From Eledone cirrhosa (lineage: Eukaryota): a DNA stretch of 64,000 nt. The stretch lies in the NCBI GenBank assembly GCA_964016885.1, contig OZ024742.1, positions 370,822,001 to 370,886,000 of the forward strand, in the 5' to 3' direction. Below are positions 15,001 through 30,000 of this stretch, piece after piece. Below the pieces are notes generated by a model. That model worked only from the letters and a program-made list of their open reading frames with translations, was not told the DNA's origin and did no database searches. The position numbers were made by a program, and so were the translations under genes. How positions within the stretch are numbered: the stretch's first letter is position 1; every line of letters starts with the position of its first letter.

Positions 15001-18000
15001 GTCTAGTGACTTTACAGGGTTATAGGGGTATTGACAGTGTCTGGTGACTTTACAGGGTGGTAGGGGTATTGACAGTGTATGGTGACCTTACAGGGTGGTA
15101 GGGGTATTGACATCGTCTGGTGAACTTACAGGGTGGTAGGGGCATTGACAGTGTCTGGTGACTTTACAGGGTGGTAGGGGTATTGACAGTGTATGGTGAC
15201 CTTACAGGGTGGTAGAAGTATTGACAGTGTATTGTGACCTTACAGGGTGGTAAGGGTATTGACAGTGTATGGTGACCTTACAGGGGGGTAGGGGCATTGA
15301 CAGTGTATGGTGAACTTACAGGGTGGTTGGGGCACTGACAGTGTATGGTGACCCCACAGGGTGGTACGGGCATTGACAGTGTCTGGTTACCTTACAGGGT
15401 GGTAGGGGCATTGACAGTGTCTGGTGATCTTACAGGGTGGTGGGTGTATTCACAGTCTCTGGTGATCCTACAGGGTGGTAGGGGCATTGACAGTGTCTAG
15501 TGAACCTACAGGGTGGTAGGGGTATTGACAGTGTCTGGTGATTTTACAGGGTGGTAGGGGTGTTCACAGTGTCTGGTGACCTAACAGGGTGGTAAGGGTA
15601 TTGACAGTGTCTGGTGACCCTACAGGGTGGTAGGGGTATTGACAGTGTCTGGTGACCCTATAGGGTGGTACGGGTATTGACAGTGTATGGTGACCCTACA
15701 GGGTGGTAGGGCTATTGACAGTGTCTGGTAACCCTATAGGGTGGTAGGGGTATTGACAGTGTCTGGTGATCTTACAGGGTGGTAGGGGTGTTCACAGTGT
15801 CTGGTGACCTTACAGGGTGGTAAGGGTATTGACAGTGTCTGGTGACCCTACAGGGTGGTAGGGTTATTGACAGTGTATGGTGACCCTACAGGGTGGTAGG
15901 GGTATTGACAGTGTCTGGTGACCCTATAGGGTGGTAGGGGTATTGACAGTGTCTGGTGATCTTACAGGGTGGTAGGCGTGTTCACAGTGTCTGGTGACCT
16001 TACAGGGTGGTAAGGGTATTGACAGTGTCTGGTGACCCTATAGGGTGGTAGGGGTATTGACAGTGTATGGTGACCCTATAGGGTGGTAGGCGTATTGACA
16101 GTGTCTGGTGCGCCTACAGAGTGGTAGGGGTATTGACAGTGTCTGGTGACCCTATAGGGTGGTATGGGTATTGACATTGTCTGGTGACCCTATAGGGTGG
16201 TATGGGTATTGACAGTGTCTGGTGACCTTAACATGGTTGTAGGGGTGTTGACACTGTCTGGTGAACTTACAGGGTGGTAGGGGTATTGACAGTGTCTGGT
16301 GACCTTACAGGGTGGTAGGGGCATTGACAGTGTCTGGGGACCTTACAGGGTGGTAGGGGCATTGACAGTGTCTGGTGACCATACAGGGTGATAGTGGTAT
16401 TGACAGTGTATGGTGACCTAACAGGGTGGTAGGGGTATTGACAGTGTCTGGTGACTTTACAGGGGGGTAGGTGTATTGACAGTATATTGTGACCTTACAG
16501 GGTGATAGGGGTATTGACAGTGTATGGTGACCTTACAGGGTGGTAGGAGTATTGACAGTGTATAGTGACCTTACAGGGTGGTAGGGGTATTGACAGTGTC
16601 TGGTGGCCCCACAGGGTGTTACGGGCATTAACAGTGTCTGGTTACCTTACAGGGTGGTAGGGGTATTGACAGTGTCTGTTGATCTTACAGGGTGGTAGGG
16701 GTATTGACAGTGTCTGGTGACCCTACAGGGTGGTAGGGGTGTTGACAGTGTCTAGTGACCCTACAGGGTGGTAGGGGTATTGACAGTGTCTAGTGGCTTT
16801 ACAGGGTGGTAGGGGTATTGACAGTGTATGGTGACCTTACAGGGTGGTAGGGGTATTGACAGTGTATGGTGACCTTACAGGGTGGTAGGGGCATTGACAG
16901 TGTATGGTGACCTTACAGGGTGGTAGGGGTATTGACAGTATATGGTTACCTTACAGGGTGATAGGGGTATTGACAGTGTATGGTGAACTTATAGGGTGGT
17001 AGGGGTATTGACAGTGTATGGTGACATTACAGGGTGGTAGGGATATTGACAGTGTCTGGTGAACTTACAGGGTGGTTGGGGCATTGACAGTGTATGGTGA
17101 CCCCACAGGGTGGTAGGGGCATTGACAGTGTCTAGTGAACCTACAGGGTGGTAGGGGTATTGACAGTGTCTAATGACCCTACAGGGTGGTACGGGCATTG
17201 ACAATGTCTGGTGACCTTACAGGGTGGTTGTGGTAATGACAGTGTATGGTGACCTTACAGGGTGGTAGGTGTATTGACAGTATATGGTGCCCTTACAGGG
17301 TGGTAGGGGTATTAACAGTCTATGGTGACCTTACAGGGTGGTAGGGTTATTAACAGTGTAATGTGACCTTACAGGCTGGTTGGGGTATTGACAGTGTCTG
17401 GTGACCTTACAGGGTGGTAGGGGCATTGACAGTGTCTGGTGACCTTACAGGATGGTTGTGGTAATGACAGTGTATGGTGAACCTATAGGGTGGTAGGGGC
17501 ATTGACAGTGTCTGGTGACCTTACAGGGTGGTAGGGGAATTGACAATGTCTGGTGACCTTACAGATTGGTAGGGGCATTGACAGTGTCTGGTAACCTTAC
17601 AGGGTGGTAGGGGTATTGACAGTGTCTGGAGACCTTACAGGTTGTTAGGGGTATTGACAGTGTCTGGTGACCTTACAGGGTGGTAGGGGTATTGACAGTA
17701 TATGGTGACCTTACAGGGTGGTAGGGGTATTGACAGTGTCTGGTGACCTTACAGGTTGTTAGGGGTATTGACAGTGCCTGTTGACCTTACAGGGTGGTAG
17801 GGGTATTGACAGTGTATGGTGACCTTACAGGGTGGTAGGGGAATTGTCAGTGTCTGGTGACCTTACAGGGTGGTAGGGTTATTCACAGTCTCTGGTGATC
17901 CTACAGGGTGGTAGGGGCATTGACAGTGTCTAGTGAACCTACAGTGTGGTAGGGGTATTGACAGTGTCTAATGACCCTACAGGGTGGTAGTGGTATTGAC

Positions 18001-21000
18001 AGTGTATGGTGACCTTACAGGGTGGTAGGGGCATTGAAAGTGTATGGTGACCTTACAGGGTGGTAGGGGTATTGACAGTCTCTGGTGATGTTACAGGGTG
18101 GTAGGGGTGTTCACAGTGTCTGGTGACCTTACAGGGTGGTAAGGGTATTGATAGTGTCTGGTGACCCTATAGGGTGGTAGGGGTATTGACAGTGTCTGGT
18201 GACCTTACAGGGTGGTAGGGGTATTGACAGTGTCTGCTGACCCTACATGGTGGTAGGGGTATTGACAGTGTCTGGTGTGCCTACAGGGTGGTAGGGGTAT
18301 TGACAGTGTCTGGTGACCCTATAGGGTGGTACGGGTATTGAGAGTGTATGGTGACTCTATAGGGTTGTAGGGGTATTGACAGTGTATGGTGATCCTACAG
18401 GGTGGTAGGGGCATTGAGAGTGTCTGGTGACCTTAACATGGTGGTAGGAGTGTTGACACTGTCTGGTGAACTTACAGGGTGGTAGGGGTATTGACAGTGT
18501 CTGGTGACCTTACAGGGTGATAGTGGTATTGACAGTGTATGGTGACCTTACAGGGTGGTAGGGGTATTGATAATGTCTGGTGAACTTACAGGGTGGTAGG
18601 GGCATTGACAGTGTCTGGTGACTTTACAGGTTGGTAGGGGTATTGACAGTGTATGGTGACCTTACAAGGTGGTAGGGGTATTGACCGTGTATGGTGACCT
18701 TACAGGGTGGTAGGGGCATTGACAGTGTATGGTGACCTTACAGGGGGGTAGGTGTATTGACAGTATATTGTGACCTTACAGGGTGATAGGGGTATTGATA
18801 GTGTATGGTGACCTGACAGGGTGGTAGGGGTATTGACAGTGTATAGTGACCTTACAGGGTGGTAGGGGTATTGACAGTGTCTGGTGACCTTACAGGGTGG
18901 TAGGGGTATTGACAGTGTCTGTCAATCCTACAGGGTGGTAGGGGCATTGACAGTGTCTAATGAACCTACAGGGTTGTAGGGGTATTGACAGAGTCTGGTG
19001 ACCTTACAGGGAGGTAGGGTTATTGACAGTGTCAGGTGACCTTACAAGGTGGTAGGTGTATTGACAGTGTCTGGTGACCTTACAGGGTGGTAGGGGTATT
19101 GACAGCGTCTGGTGACCCTATAAGGTGTTAGGTTTATTGACAGTGTATGGTGACCTTACAGGGTGGTAGGGGCATTGACAGTGTCTGGTGAACTTACAGG
19201 GTGGTAGGGGTATTGACAGTGTATGGTGACCTTACAGGGTTGTAGGGGCATTGACAGTGTCTGGTGACCTTACAGGGTGGTAGGGCCATTGACAGTGTCT
19301 GGTGACCTTACAGGGTGGTAGGTGTGTTGACAGTGTCTGGTGACCTTACAGGGTGGTAGAGGTATTGACAGTGTATGGTGACCTTACTGGGTGGTAGGGG
19401 CATTGACAGTGTCTGGTGACCTTACAGGGAGGTAGGGGTATTAACAGTGTCTGGCGACCTTACAGGGAGGTAGGGGTATTGACAGTGTCTGGTGACCTTA
19501 CAGGGTGGTAGGGGTATTGACAGTGTCTGGTGACCTTACAGGGTGGTAGGGGTATTGACAGTGTCTGGTGACCTTACAGGGAGGTAGGGGTATTGACAGT
19601 GTCTGGTGACCTTACAGGGAGGTAGGGGTATTAACAGTGTCTGGTGACCTTACAGGGAGGTAGGGGTATTGACAGTGTCTGGTGACCTTACAGGGTGGTA
19701 GGGGTATTGACAGTGTATGGTGACCTTACAGGGAGGTAGGGGTATTGACAGTGTATGGTGACCTTACAGGGAGGTAGGGGTATTGACAGTGTATGGTGAC
19801 CTTACAGGGAGGTAGGGGCATTGACAGTGTCTGGTGACCTTACAGGGAGGTAGGGGCATTGACAGTGTATGTTGACCTTACAGGGAGGTAGGGGTATTGA
19901 CAGTGTATGGGGACCATACAGGGTGGTAGGTGTGTTAACAGTGTATGGTGACCTTACAGGGTTGTAGGGGTATTGACAGTGTTTGGTGACCTTACAGGGT
20001 TGTAGGGGTATTGACAGTGTATGGGGACCATACAGGGTGGTAGGGGTATTGACAGTGTATGGTGACCTTACAGGATGGTAGGGGTGTTGACAGTGTCTGG
20101 TGACCTTACAGGATGGGTGGGGCCTTGACAGTGTCTGGTGACCTTACAGGATGGGTGGGGCCTTGACAGTGTCTGGTGACCTTACAGGGTGGTAGGGGTA
20201 TTGACAGTGTCTGGTGACCTTACAGGGTGTTAGGGGCATTGACAGTGTCTGGTGACCTTACAGGGTGGTAGGGGTATTGACAGTGCATGGTGACCTTACA
20301 GGGTGGTAGGGGCATTGACAGTGTCTGGTGACCTTACAGGATGGGTGGGGCCTTGACAGTGTCCGGTGACCTTACAGGGAGGTAGGTTTATTGACAGTGT
20401 CTGGTGACCTTACAGGGAGGTAGGTGTATTGACAGTGTCTGGTGACCTTACAGGGTGGTAGGGGCATTGACAGTGTCTGGTGACCTTACAGGCTGGTAGG
20501 GCTATTGACAGTGTATGGTGACCTTACAGGATGGTAGGTGTGTTGACAGTGTATTCTGACCTTACAGGGAGGTAGGGGTATTGACAGTGTCTGGTGACCT
20601 TACAGGGAGGTAGGGGCATTGACAGTGTCCGGTGACCTTACAGGCTGGTAGGACTATTGACAGTGTATGGTGACCTTACAGGATGGTAGGTGTGTTGACA
20701 GTGTATGCTGACCTTACAGGGAGGTAGGTGTGTTGACAGTGTATGCTGACCTTACAGGGTGGTAGGGGTATTGACAGTGTCTGGTGACCTTACAGGGTGG
20801 TAGGGGCATTGACAGTGTCTGGTGACCTTACAGGGTGGTAGGGGTATTGACAGTGCATGGTGACCTTACAGGGTGGTAGTGGCATTGACAGTGTCTGGTG
20901 ACCTTACAGGCTGGTAGGGCTATTGACAGTGTATGGTGACCTTACAGGATGGTAGGTGTGTTGACAGTGTATGGTGACCTTACAGGGAGGTAGGGGTATT

Positions 21001-24000
21001 GACAGTGTCTGGTGACCTTACAGGGAGGTAGGTGTATTGACAGTGTCTGGTGACCTTACAGGGTGGTAGGGGCATTGACAGTGTCTGGTGATCTTACAGG
21101 CTGGTAGGGCTATTGACAGTGTATGGTGACCTTACAGGGTGGTAGGTGTGTTGACAGTGTCTGGTGACCTTACAGGGAGGTAGGGGTGTTGACAGTGTCT
21201 GGTGACCTTACAGGGAGGTAGGGGTATTGACAGTGTATGGTGACCTTACAGGGAGGTAGGGGTATTGACAGTGTCTGGTGACCTTACAGGGAGGTAGGGG
21301 TATTAACAGTGTCTGGTGACCTTACAGGGAGGTAGGGGTATTGACAGTGTCTGGTGACCTTACAGGGTGGTAGGGGTATTGACAGTGTATGGTGACCTTA
21401 CAGGGAGGTAGGGGTATTGACAGTGTATGGTGACCTTACAGGGAGGTAGGGGTATTGACAGTGTATGGTGACCTTACAGGGAGGTAGGGGCATTGACAGT
21501 GTCTGGTGACCTTACAGGGAGGTAGGGGCATTGACAGTGTATGTTGACCTTACAGGGAGGTAGGGGTATTGACAGTGTATGGGGACCATACAGGTTGGTA
21601 GGTGTGTTAACAGTGTATGGTGACCTTACAGGGTTGTAGGGGTATTGACAGTGTTTGGTGACCTTACAGGGTTGTAGGGGTATTGACAGTGTATGGGGAC
21701 CATACAGGGTGGTAGGGGTATTGACAGTGTATGGTGACCTTACAGGATGGTAGGGGTGTTGACAGTGTCTGGTGACCTTACAGGATGGGTGGGGCCTTGA
21801 CAGTGTCTGGTGACCTTACAGGATGGGTGGGGCCTTGACAGTGTCTGGTGACCTTACAGGGTGGTAGGGGTATTGACAGTGTCTGGTGACCTTACAGGGT
21901 GGTAGGGGCATTGACAGTGTCTGGTGACCTTACAGGGTGGTAGGGGTATTGACAGTGCATGGTGACCTTACAGGGTGGTAGGGGCATTGACAGTGTCTGG
22001 TGACCTTACAGGATGGGTGGGGCCTTGACAGTGTCTGGTGACCTTACAGGGAGGTAGGTGTATTGACAGTGTCTGGTGACCTTACAGGGTGGTAGGGGTG
22101 TTGACAGTGTATGGTGACCTTACAGGATGGGTGGGGCCTTGACAGTGTCTGGTGACCTTAAAGGATGGGTGGGGCCTTGACAGTGTCCGGTGACCTTACA
22201 GGGAGGTAGGTGTATTGACAGTGTCTGGTGACCTTACAGGGAGGTAGGTGTATTGACAGTGTCTGGTGACCTTACAGGGTGGTAGGGGCATTGACAGTGT
22301 CTGGTGACCTTACAGGCTGGTAGGGCTATTCACAGTGTATGGTGACCTTACAGGATGGTAGGTGTGTTGACAGTGTATGCTGACCTTACAGGGAGGTAGG
22401 GGTATTGACAGTGTCTGGTGACCTTACAGGGTGGTAGGGGCATTGACAGTGTCTGGTGACCTTACAGGCTGGTAGGGCTATTGACAGTGTATGGTGACCT
22501 TACAGGGTGGTAGGTGTGTTGACAGTGTCTGGTGACCTTACAGGGTGGTAGGGGTGTTGACAGTGTATGGTGACCTTACAGGATGGGTGGGGCCTTGACA
22601 GTGTCTGGTGACCTTAAAGGATGGGTGGGGCCTTGACAGTGTCCGGTGACCTTACAGGGAGGTAGGTGTATTGACAGTGTCTGGTGAACTTACAGGGAGG
22701 TAGGTGTATTGACAGTGTCTGGTGACCTTACAGGGTGGTAGGGGCATTGACAGTGTCTGGTGACCTTACAGGCTGGTAGGGCTATTGACAGTGTATGGTG
22801 ACCTTACAGGATGGTAGGTGTGTTGACAGTGTATGGTGACCTTACAGGGAGGTAGGGGTATTGACAGTGTCTGGTGACCTTACAGGGAGGTAGGGGTATT
22901 GACAGTTTCTGGTGACCTTACAGGGAGGTAGGGGTGTTGACAGTGTCTGGTGACCTTACAGGGAGGTAGGGGTATTGATAGTGTATGGTGACCTTACAGG
23001 GTGATAGGGGTGTTGACAGTGTCTGGTGACCCTACGGGGTGGTAGGGATATTGACAGTGTCTGGTAACCTTACAGGGTGGTAGGGGTGTTGACAGTGTCT
23101 GGTGACCTTACAGGGTGGTAGGGGTATTGACAGTGTCTGGTGAACTTACAGGGTGGTAGGGGTGTTGACAGTGTCTGGTGACCTTACAGGGTGGTAGGGG
23201 TATTGACAGTGTCTGGTGAACTTACAGGGTGGTAGGGGCATTGACAGTGTCTGGTGACCTTACAGGGTGGTAGGGGTATTGACAGTGTCTGGTGACCTTA
23301 CAGGGTGGTAGAGGTATTGACAGTGTCTGGTAATCTTACAGAGAGGTGGGGGTATTGGCACTGTCTGGTGACCTTACAGGGTGGTAGGGGTATTGACAGT
23401 GTCTGGTGACCTTACAGGGAGGTAGGGGTATTGACAGTGTCTGGTGACCTTACAGGGTGGTAGGGGTATTGACAGTGTCTGGTGACCTTACAGGGTGGTA
23501 GGGGTATTGACAGTGTCTGGTGACCTTACAGGGAGGTAGGGGTATTGACAGTGTCTGGTGAACTTACAGGGTGGTAGGGGTATTGACAGTGTCTGGTGAC
23601 CCTATAGTGTGTTAGGTTTATTGACAGTGTCTGGTGACCTTACAGGGAGGTAGGGGTATTGACAGTGTCTGGTGACCTTACAGGGAGGTAGGGGTGTTGA
23701 CAGTGTCTGGTGACCTTACAGGGTGGTAGGGGTATTGACAGTGTCTGGTGACCCTATAGGGCGTTAGGTTTATTGACAGTGTCTGGTGACCCTACAGGGA
23801 GGTAGGGGTATTGACAGTGTCTGGTGATCTTACAGGGAGGTAGGGGTGTTGACAGTGTCTGGTGACCTTACAGGGTGGTAGGGATATTGACAGTGTCTGG
23901 TGACCCTATAGGGTGTTAGGTTTATTGACAGTGTCTGGTGACCTTACAGGGAGGTAGGGGTATTGACAGTGTCTGGTGACCCTATAGGGTGGTAGGGGTA

Positions 24001-27000
24001 TTGACAATGTCTGGTGACCTTACAGGGAGGTAGGTGTATTGACAGTGTCTGGTGACCTTACAGGGAGGTAGGGGTATTGACAGTGTCTGGTGACCTTACA
24101 GGGACGTAGGGGTATTAACAGTGTATGGGGACCATACAGGGTGGTAGGTGTGTTGACAGTGTATGGTGACCTTACAGGGTTGTAGGGGCATTGACAGTGT
24201 CTGGTGACCTTACAGGATGGGTGGGGCCTTGACAGTGTCTGGTGACCTTACAGGGAGGTAGGTGTATTGACAGTGTCTGGTGACCTTGCTGGGTGGTAGG
24301 GGCATTGACAGTGTCTGATGACCTTACAGGATGGTAGGGGTATTGACAGTGTATGGTGACCTTACAGAGTGGTAGGGGCATTGACAGTGTCTGGTGACCT
24401 TACAGGGTTGTAGGGGTATTGACAGTGTCTGGTGACCTTACAGGGTGCTAGGGGTATTGACAGTGTATGGTGACCCTATAGGGTGGTAGGTGTGTTGACA
24501 GTGTATGGTGACCTTACAGGGAGGTAGGGGTATTGACAGTGTCTGGTGACCTTACAGGGAGGTAGCGCTATTGACAGTTTATGGTGACCTTACAGGGTGG
24601 TAGGGGTTATGACAGTGTCTGGTGACATTACAGGGTGGTAGGTGTGTTGACAGTGTATGGTTATCTTACAGGGTGGTAGGGGTATTGACAGTGTATGGTG
24701 ACCTTACAGGGTGATAGGGGTGTTGACAGTGTCTGGTGACCTTACAGGGAGGTAGTGGTATTAACAGTGTCTGGTGACCTTACAGGGAGGTAGGGGTATT
24801 GACAGTGTCTGGTGACCTTACAGGGTGGTAGGGGTATTGACAGTGTCTGGTGACCTTACAGGGTGGTAGGGGTATTGACAGTGTCTGGTGACCTTACAGG
24901 GAGGTAGGGGTATTGACAGTGTCTGGTGACCTTACAGGGAGTTAGGGGTATTATCAGTGTCTGGTGACCTTACAGGGAGGTAGGGGTATTGACAGTGTCT
25001 GGTGACCTTACAGGGTGGTAGGGGTATTGACAGTGTATGGTGACCTTACAGGGAGGTAGGGGTATTGACAGTGTATGGTGACCTTACAGGGAGGTAGGGG
25101 TATTGACAGTGTATGGTGACCTTACAGGGAGGTAGGGGCATTGACAGTGTCTGGTGACCTTACAGGGAGGTAGGGGCATTGACAGTGTATGTTGACCTTA
25201 CAGGGAGGTAGGGGTATTGACAGTGTATGGGGACCATACAGGGTGGTAGGTGTGTTGACAGTGTATGGTGACCTTACAGGGTTGTAGGGGTATTGACAGT
25301 GTTTGGTGACCTTACAGGGTTGTAGGGGTATTGACAGTGTATGGTGACCTTACAGGGTGGTAGGGCTATTGACAGTGTATGGTGACCTTACAGGATGGTA
25401 GGGGTGTTGACAGTGTCTGGTGACCTTACAGGATGGGTGGGGCCTTGACAGTGTCTGGTGACCTTACAGGATGGGTGGGGCCTTGACAGTGTCTGGTGAC
25501 CTTACAGGGTGGTAGGGGTATTGACAGTGTATGTTGACCTTACAGGGTGGTAGGGGCATTGACAGTGTCTGGTGACCTTACAGGGTGGTAGGGGTATTGA
25601 CAGTGTATGGTGACCTTACAGGGTGGTAGGGGCATTGACAGTGTCTGGTGACCTTACAGGATGGGTGGGGCCTTGACAGTGTCTGGTGACCTTACAGGGA
25701 GGTAGGTGTATTGACAGTGTCTGGTGACCTTACAGTGTGGTAGGGGTGTTGACAGTGTATGGTGACCTTACAGGATGGGTGGGGCCTTGACAGTGTCTGG
25801 TGACCTTAAAGGATGGGTGGGGCCTTGACAGTGTCCGGTGACCTTACAGGGAGGTAGGTGTATTGACAGTGTCTGGTGACCTTACAGGGAGGTAGGTGTA
25901 TTGACAGTGTATGGTGACCTTACAGGGTGGTAGGGGCATTGACAGTGTCTGGTGACCTTACAGGCTGGTAGGGCTATTGACAGTGTATGGTGACCTTACA
26001 GGATGGTAGGTGTGTTGACAGTGTATGGTGACCTTACAGGGAGGTAGGGGTATTGACAGTGTCTGGTGACCTTACAGGGAGGTAGGGGTATTGACAGTGT
26101 CTGGTGACCTTACAGGGAGGTAGGTGTATTGACAGTGTCTGGTGACCTTACAGGGTGGTAAGGGCATTGACAGTGTCTGGTGACCTTACAGGCTGGTAGG
26201 GCTATTGACAGTGTATGGTGACCTTACAGGGTGGTAGGTGTGTTGACAGTGTCTGGTGAACTTACAGGGTGGTAGGGGTGTTGACAGTGTCTGGTGACCT
26301 TACAGGGTGGTAGGGGTATTGACAGTGTCTGGTGAACTTACAGGGTGGTAGGGGCATTGACAGTGTCTGGTGACCTTACAGGGTGGTAGGGGTATTGACA
26401 GTGTCTGGTGACCTTACAGGGTGGTAGAGGTATTGACAGTGTCTGGTAATCTTACAGAGAGGTAGGGGTATTGACAGTGTCTGGTGACCTTACAAGGTGG
26501 TAGGGGTATTGACAGTGTCTGGTGACCTTACAGGGTGGTAGGGGTATTGACAGTGTCTGGTGACCTTACAGGGAGGTAGGGGTATTGACAGTGTCTGGTG
26601 ACCTTACAGGGTGGTAGGGGTATTGACAGTGTCTGGTGACCTTACAGGGTGGTAGGGGTATTGACAGTGTCTGGTGACCTTACAGGGAGGTAGGGGTATT
26701 GACAGTGTCTGGTGAACTTACAGGGTGGTAGGGGTATTGACAGTGTCTGGTGACCCTATAGTGTGTTAGGTTTATTGACAGTGTCTGGTGACCTTACAGG
26801 GAGGTAGGGGTATTGACAGTGTCTGGTGACCTTACAGGGAGGTAGGGGTGTTGACAGTGTCTGGTGACCTTACAGGGTGGTAGGGGTATTGACAGTGTCT
26901 GGTGACCCTATAGGGCGTTAGGTTTATTGACAGTGTTTGGTGACCCTACAGGGAGGTAGGGGTATTGACAGTGTATGGTGACCTTGCAGGGTGGTAGGGG

Positions 27001-30000
27001 TATTGACAGTGTCTGGTGATCTTACAGGGAGGTAGGGGTGTTGACAGTGTCTGGTGACCTTACAGGGTGGTAGGGATATTGACAGTGTCTGGTGACCCTA
27101 TAGGGTGTTAGGTTTATTGACAGTGTCTGGTGACCTTACAGGGAGGTAGGGGTATTGACAGTGTCTGGTGACCCTATAGGGTGGTAGGGGTATTGACAGT
27201 GTCTGGTGACCTTACAGGGAGGTAGGTGTATTGACAGTGTCTGGTGACCTTACAGGGAGGTAGGGGTATTGACAGTGTCTGGTGACCTTACAGGGACGTA
27301 GGGGTATTAACAGTGTATGGGGACCATACAGGGTGGTAGGTGTGTTGACAGTGTATGGTGACCTTACAGGGTTGTAGGGGCATTGACAGTGTCTGGTGAC
27401 CTTACAGGATGGGTGGGGCCTTGACAGTGTCTGGTGACCTTACAGGGAGGTAGGTGTATTGACAGTGTCTGGTGACCTTGGAGGGTGGTAGGGGCATTGA
27501 CAGTGTCTGGTGACCTTACAGGATGGTAGGGGTATTGACAGTGTATGGTGACCTTACAGAGTGGTAGGGGCATTGACAGTGTCTGGTGACCTTACAGGGA
27601 GGTTGGGGTGTTGACAGTGTCTGGTGACCTTACAGGGAGGTAGGGGTATTGACAGTGTATGGTGACCTTACAGGGAGGTAGGGGTATTGACAGTGTATGG
27701 TGACCTTACAGGGAGGTAGGGGTATTGACAGTGTATGGTGACCTTACAGGGAGGTAGGGGTATTGACAGTGTCTGGTGACCTTACAGGGAGGTAGGGGTG
27801 TTGACAGTGTCTGGTGACCTTACAGGGAGGTAGGGGTATTGACAGTGTATGGTGACCTTACAGGGTGATAGGGGTGTTGACAGTGTCTGGTGACCCTACG
27901 GGGTGGTAGGGGTATTGACAGTGTCTGGTAACCTTACAGGGTGGTAGGGGTGTTGACAGTGTCTGGTGACCTTACAGGGTGGTAGGGGTATTGACAGTGT
28001 CTGGTGAACTTACAGGGTGGTAGGGGTGTTGACAGTGTCTGGTGACCTTACAGGGTGGTAGGGGTATTGACAGTGTCTGGTGAACTTACAGGGTGGTAGG
28101 GGCATTGACAGTGTCTGGTGACCTTACAGGGTGGTAGGGGTATTGACAGTGTCTGGTGACCTTACAGGGTGGTAGGAGTATTGACAGGACAGTGTATGGT
28201 GACCTTACAGGGTGGTAGGGGTATTGACAGTGTCTGGTAATCTTACAGGGAGGTAGGGGTATTGACAGTGTCTGGTGACCTTACAGGGTGGTAGGGGTAT
28301 TGACAGTGTCTGGTGACCTTACAGGGTGGTAGGGGTATTGACAGTGTCTGGTGACCTTACAGGGAGGTAGGGGTATTGACAGTGTCTGGTGACCTTACAG
28401 GGTGGTAGGGGTATTGACAGTGTCTGGTGACCTTACAGGGTGGTAGGGGTATTGACAGTGTCTGGTGACCTTACAGGGAGGTAGGGGTATTGACAGTGCC
28501 TGGTGACCTTACAGGGTGGTAGGGGTATTGACAGTGTCTGGTGACCCTATAGGGTGTTAGGTTTATTGACAGTGTCTGGTGACCTTACAGGGAGGTAGGG
28601 GTATTGACAGTGTCTGGTGACCTTACAGGGAGGTAGGGGTGTTGACAGTGTCTGGTGACCTTACAGGGTGGTAGGGGTATTGACAGTGTCTGGTGACCCT
28701 ATAGGGTGTTAGGTTTATTGACAGTGTCTGGTGACCTTACAGGGAGGTAGGGGTATTGACAGTGTATGGTGACCTTGCAGGGTGGTAGGGGTATTGACAG
28801 TGTCTGGTGATCTTACAGGGAGGTAGGGGTGTTGACAGTGTCTGGTGACCTTACAGGGTGGTAGGGGTATTGACAGTGTCTGGTGACCCTATAGGGTGTT
28901 AGGTTTATTGACAGTGTCTGGTGACCTTACAGGGAGGTAGGTGTATTGACAGTGTCTGGTGACCTTACAGGGAGGTAGGGGTATTGACAGTGTCTGGTGA
29001 CCTTACAGGGACGTAGGGGTATTAACAGTGTATGGGGACCATACAGGGTGGTAGGTGTGTTGACAGTGTATGGTGACCTTACAGGGTTATAGGGGCATTG
29101 ACAGTGTCTGGTGACCTTACAGGATGGGTGGGGCCTTGACAGTGTCTGGTGACCTTACAGGGAGGTAGGTGTATTGACAGTGTCTGGTGACCTTACAGGG
29201 TGGTAGGGGCATTGACAGTGTCTGGTGACCTTACAGGATGGTAGGGGCATTGACAGTGTCTGGTGACCTTACAGGGTTGTAGGGGTATTGACAGTGTCTG
29301 GTGACCTTACAGGGTGGTAGGGGTATTGACAGTGTATGGTGACCCTATAGGGTGGTAGGTGTGTTGACAGTGTATGGTGACCTTACAGGGAGGTAGGGGT
29401 ATTGACAGTGTCTGGTGACCTTACAGGGAGGTAGCGCTATTGACAGTTTATGGTGACCTTACAGGGTGGTAGGGGTTATGACAGTGTCTGGTGACATTAC
29501 AGGGTGGTAGGTGTGTTGACAGTGTATGGTGACCTTACAGGGAGGTAGGGGTATTGACAGTGTATAGTGACCGTACAGGGTGGTAGGGGTATTGACAGTG
29601 TCTGGTGACATTACAGGGTGGTAGGTGTGTTGACAGTGTATGGTTATCTTACAGGGTGGTAGGGGTATTGACAGTGTATGGTGACCTTACAGGGTGATAG
29701 GGGTGTTGACAGTGTCTGGTGACCTTACAGGGTGGTAGGGGTATTGACAGTGTCTGGTGACATTACAGGGTGGTAGGTGTGTTGACAGTGTCTGGTGACC
29801 TTACAGGGTGGTAGGGGTATTGACAGTGTATGGTGACCTTACAGGGTGGTAGGTGTATTGACAGTGTCTGGTGACATTACAGGGTGGTAGGTGTGTTGAC
29901 AGTGTCTGGTGACATTACAGGGTGGTAGGGGTATTGACAGTGTATGGTGACCTTACAGGGTGGTAGGGGTATTGACAGTGTCTGGTGACATTACAGGGTG

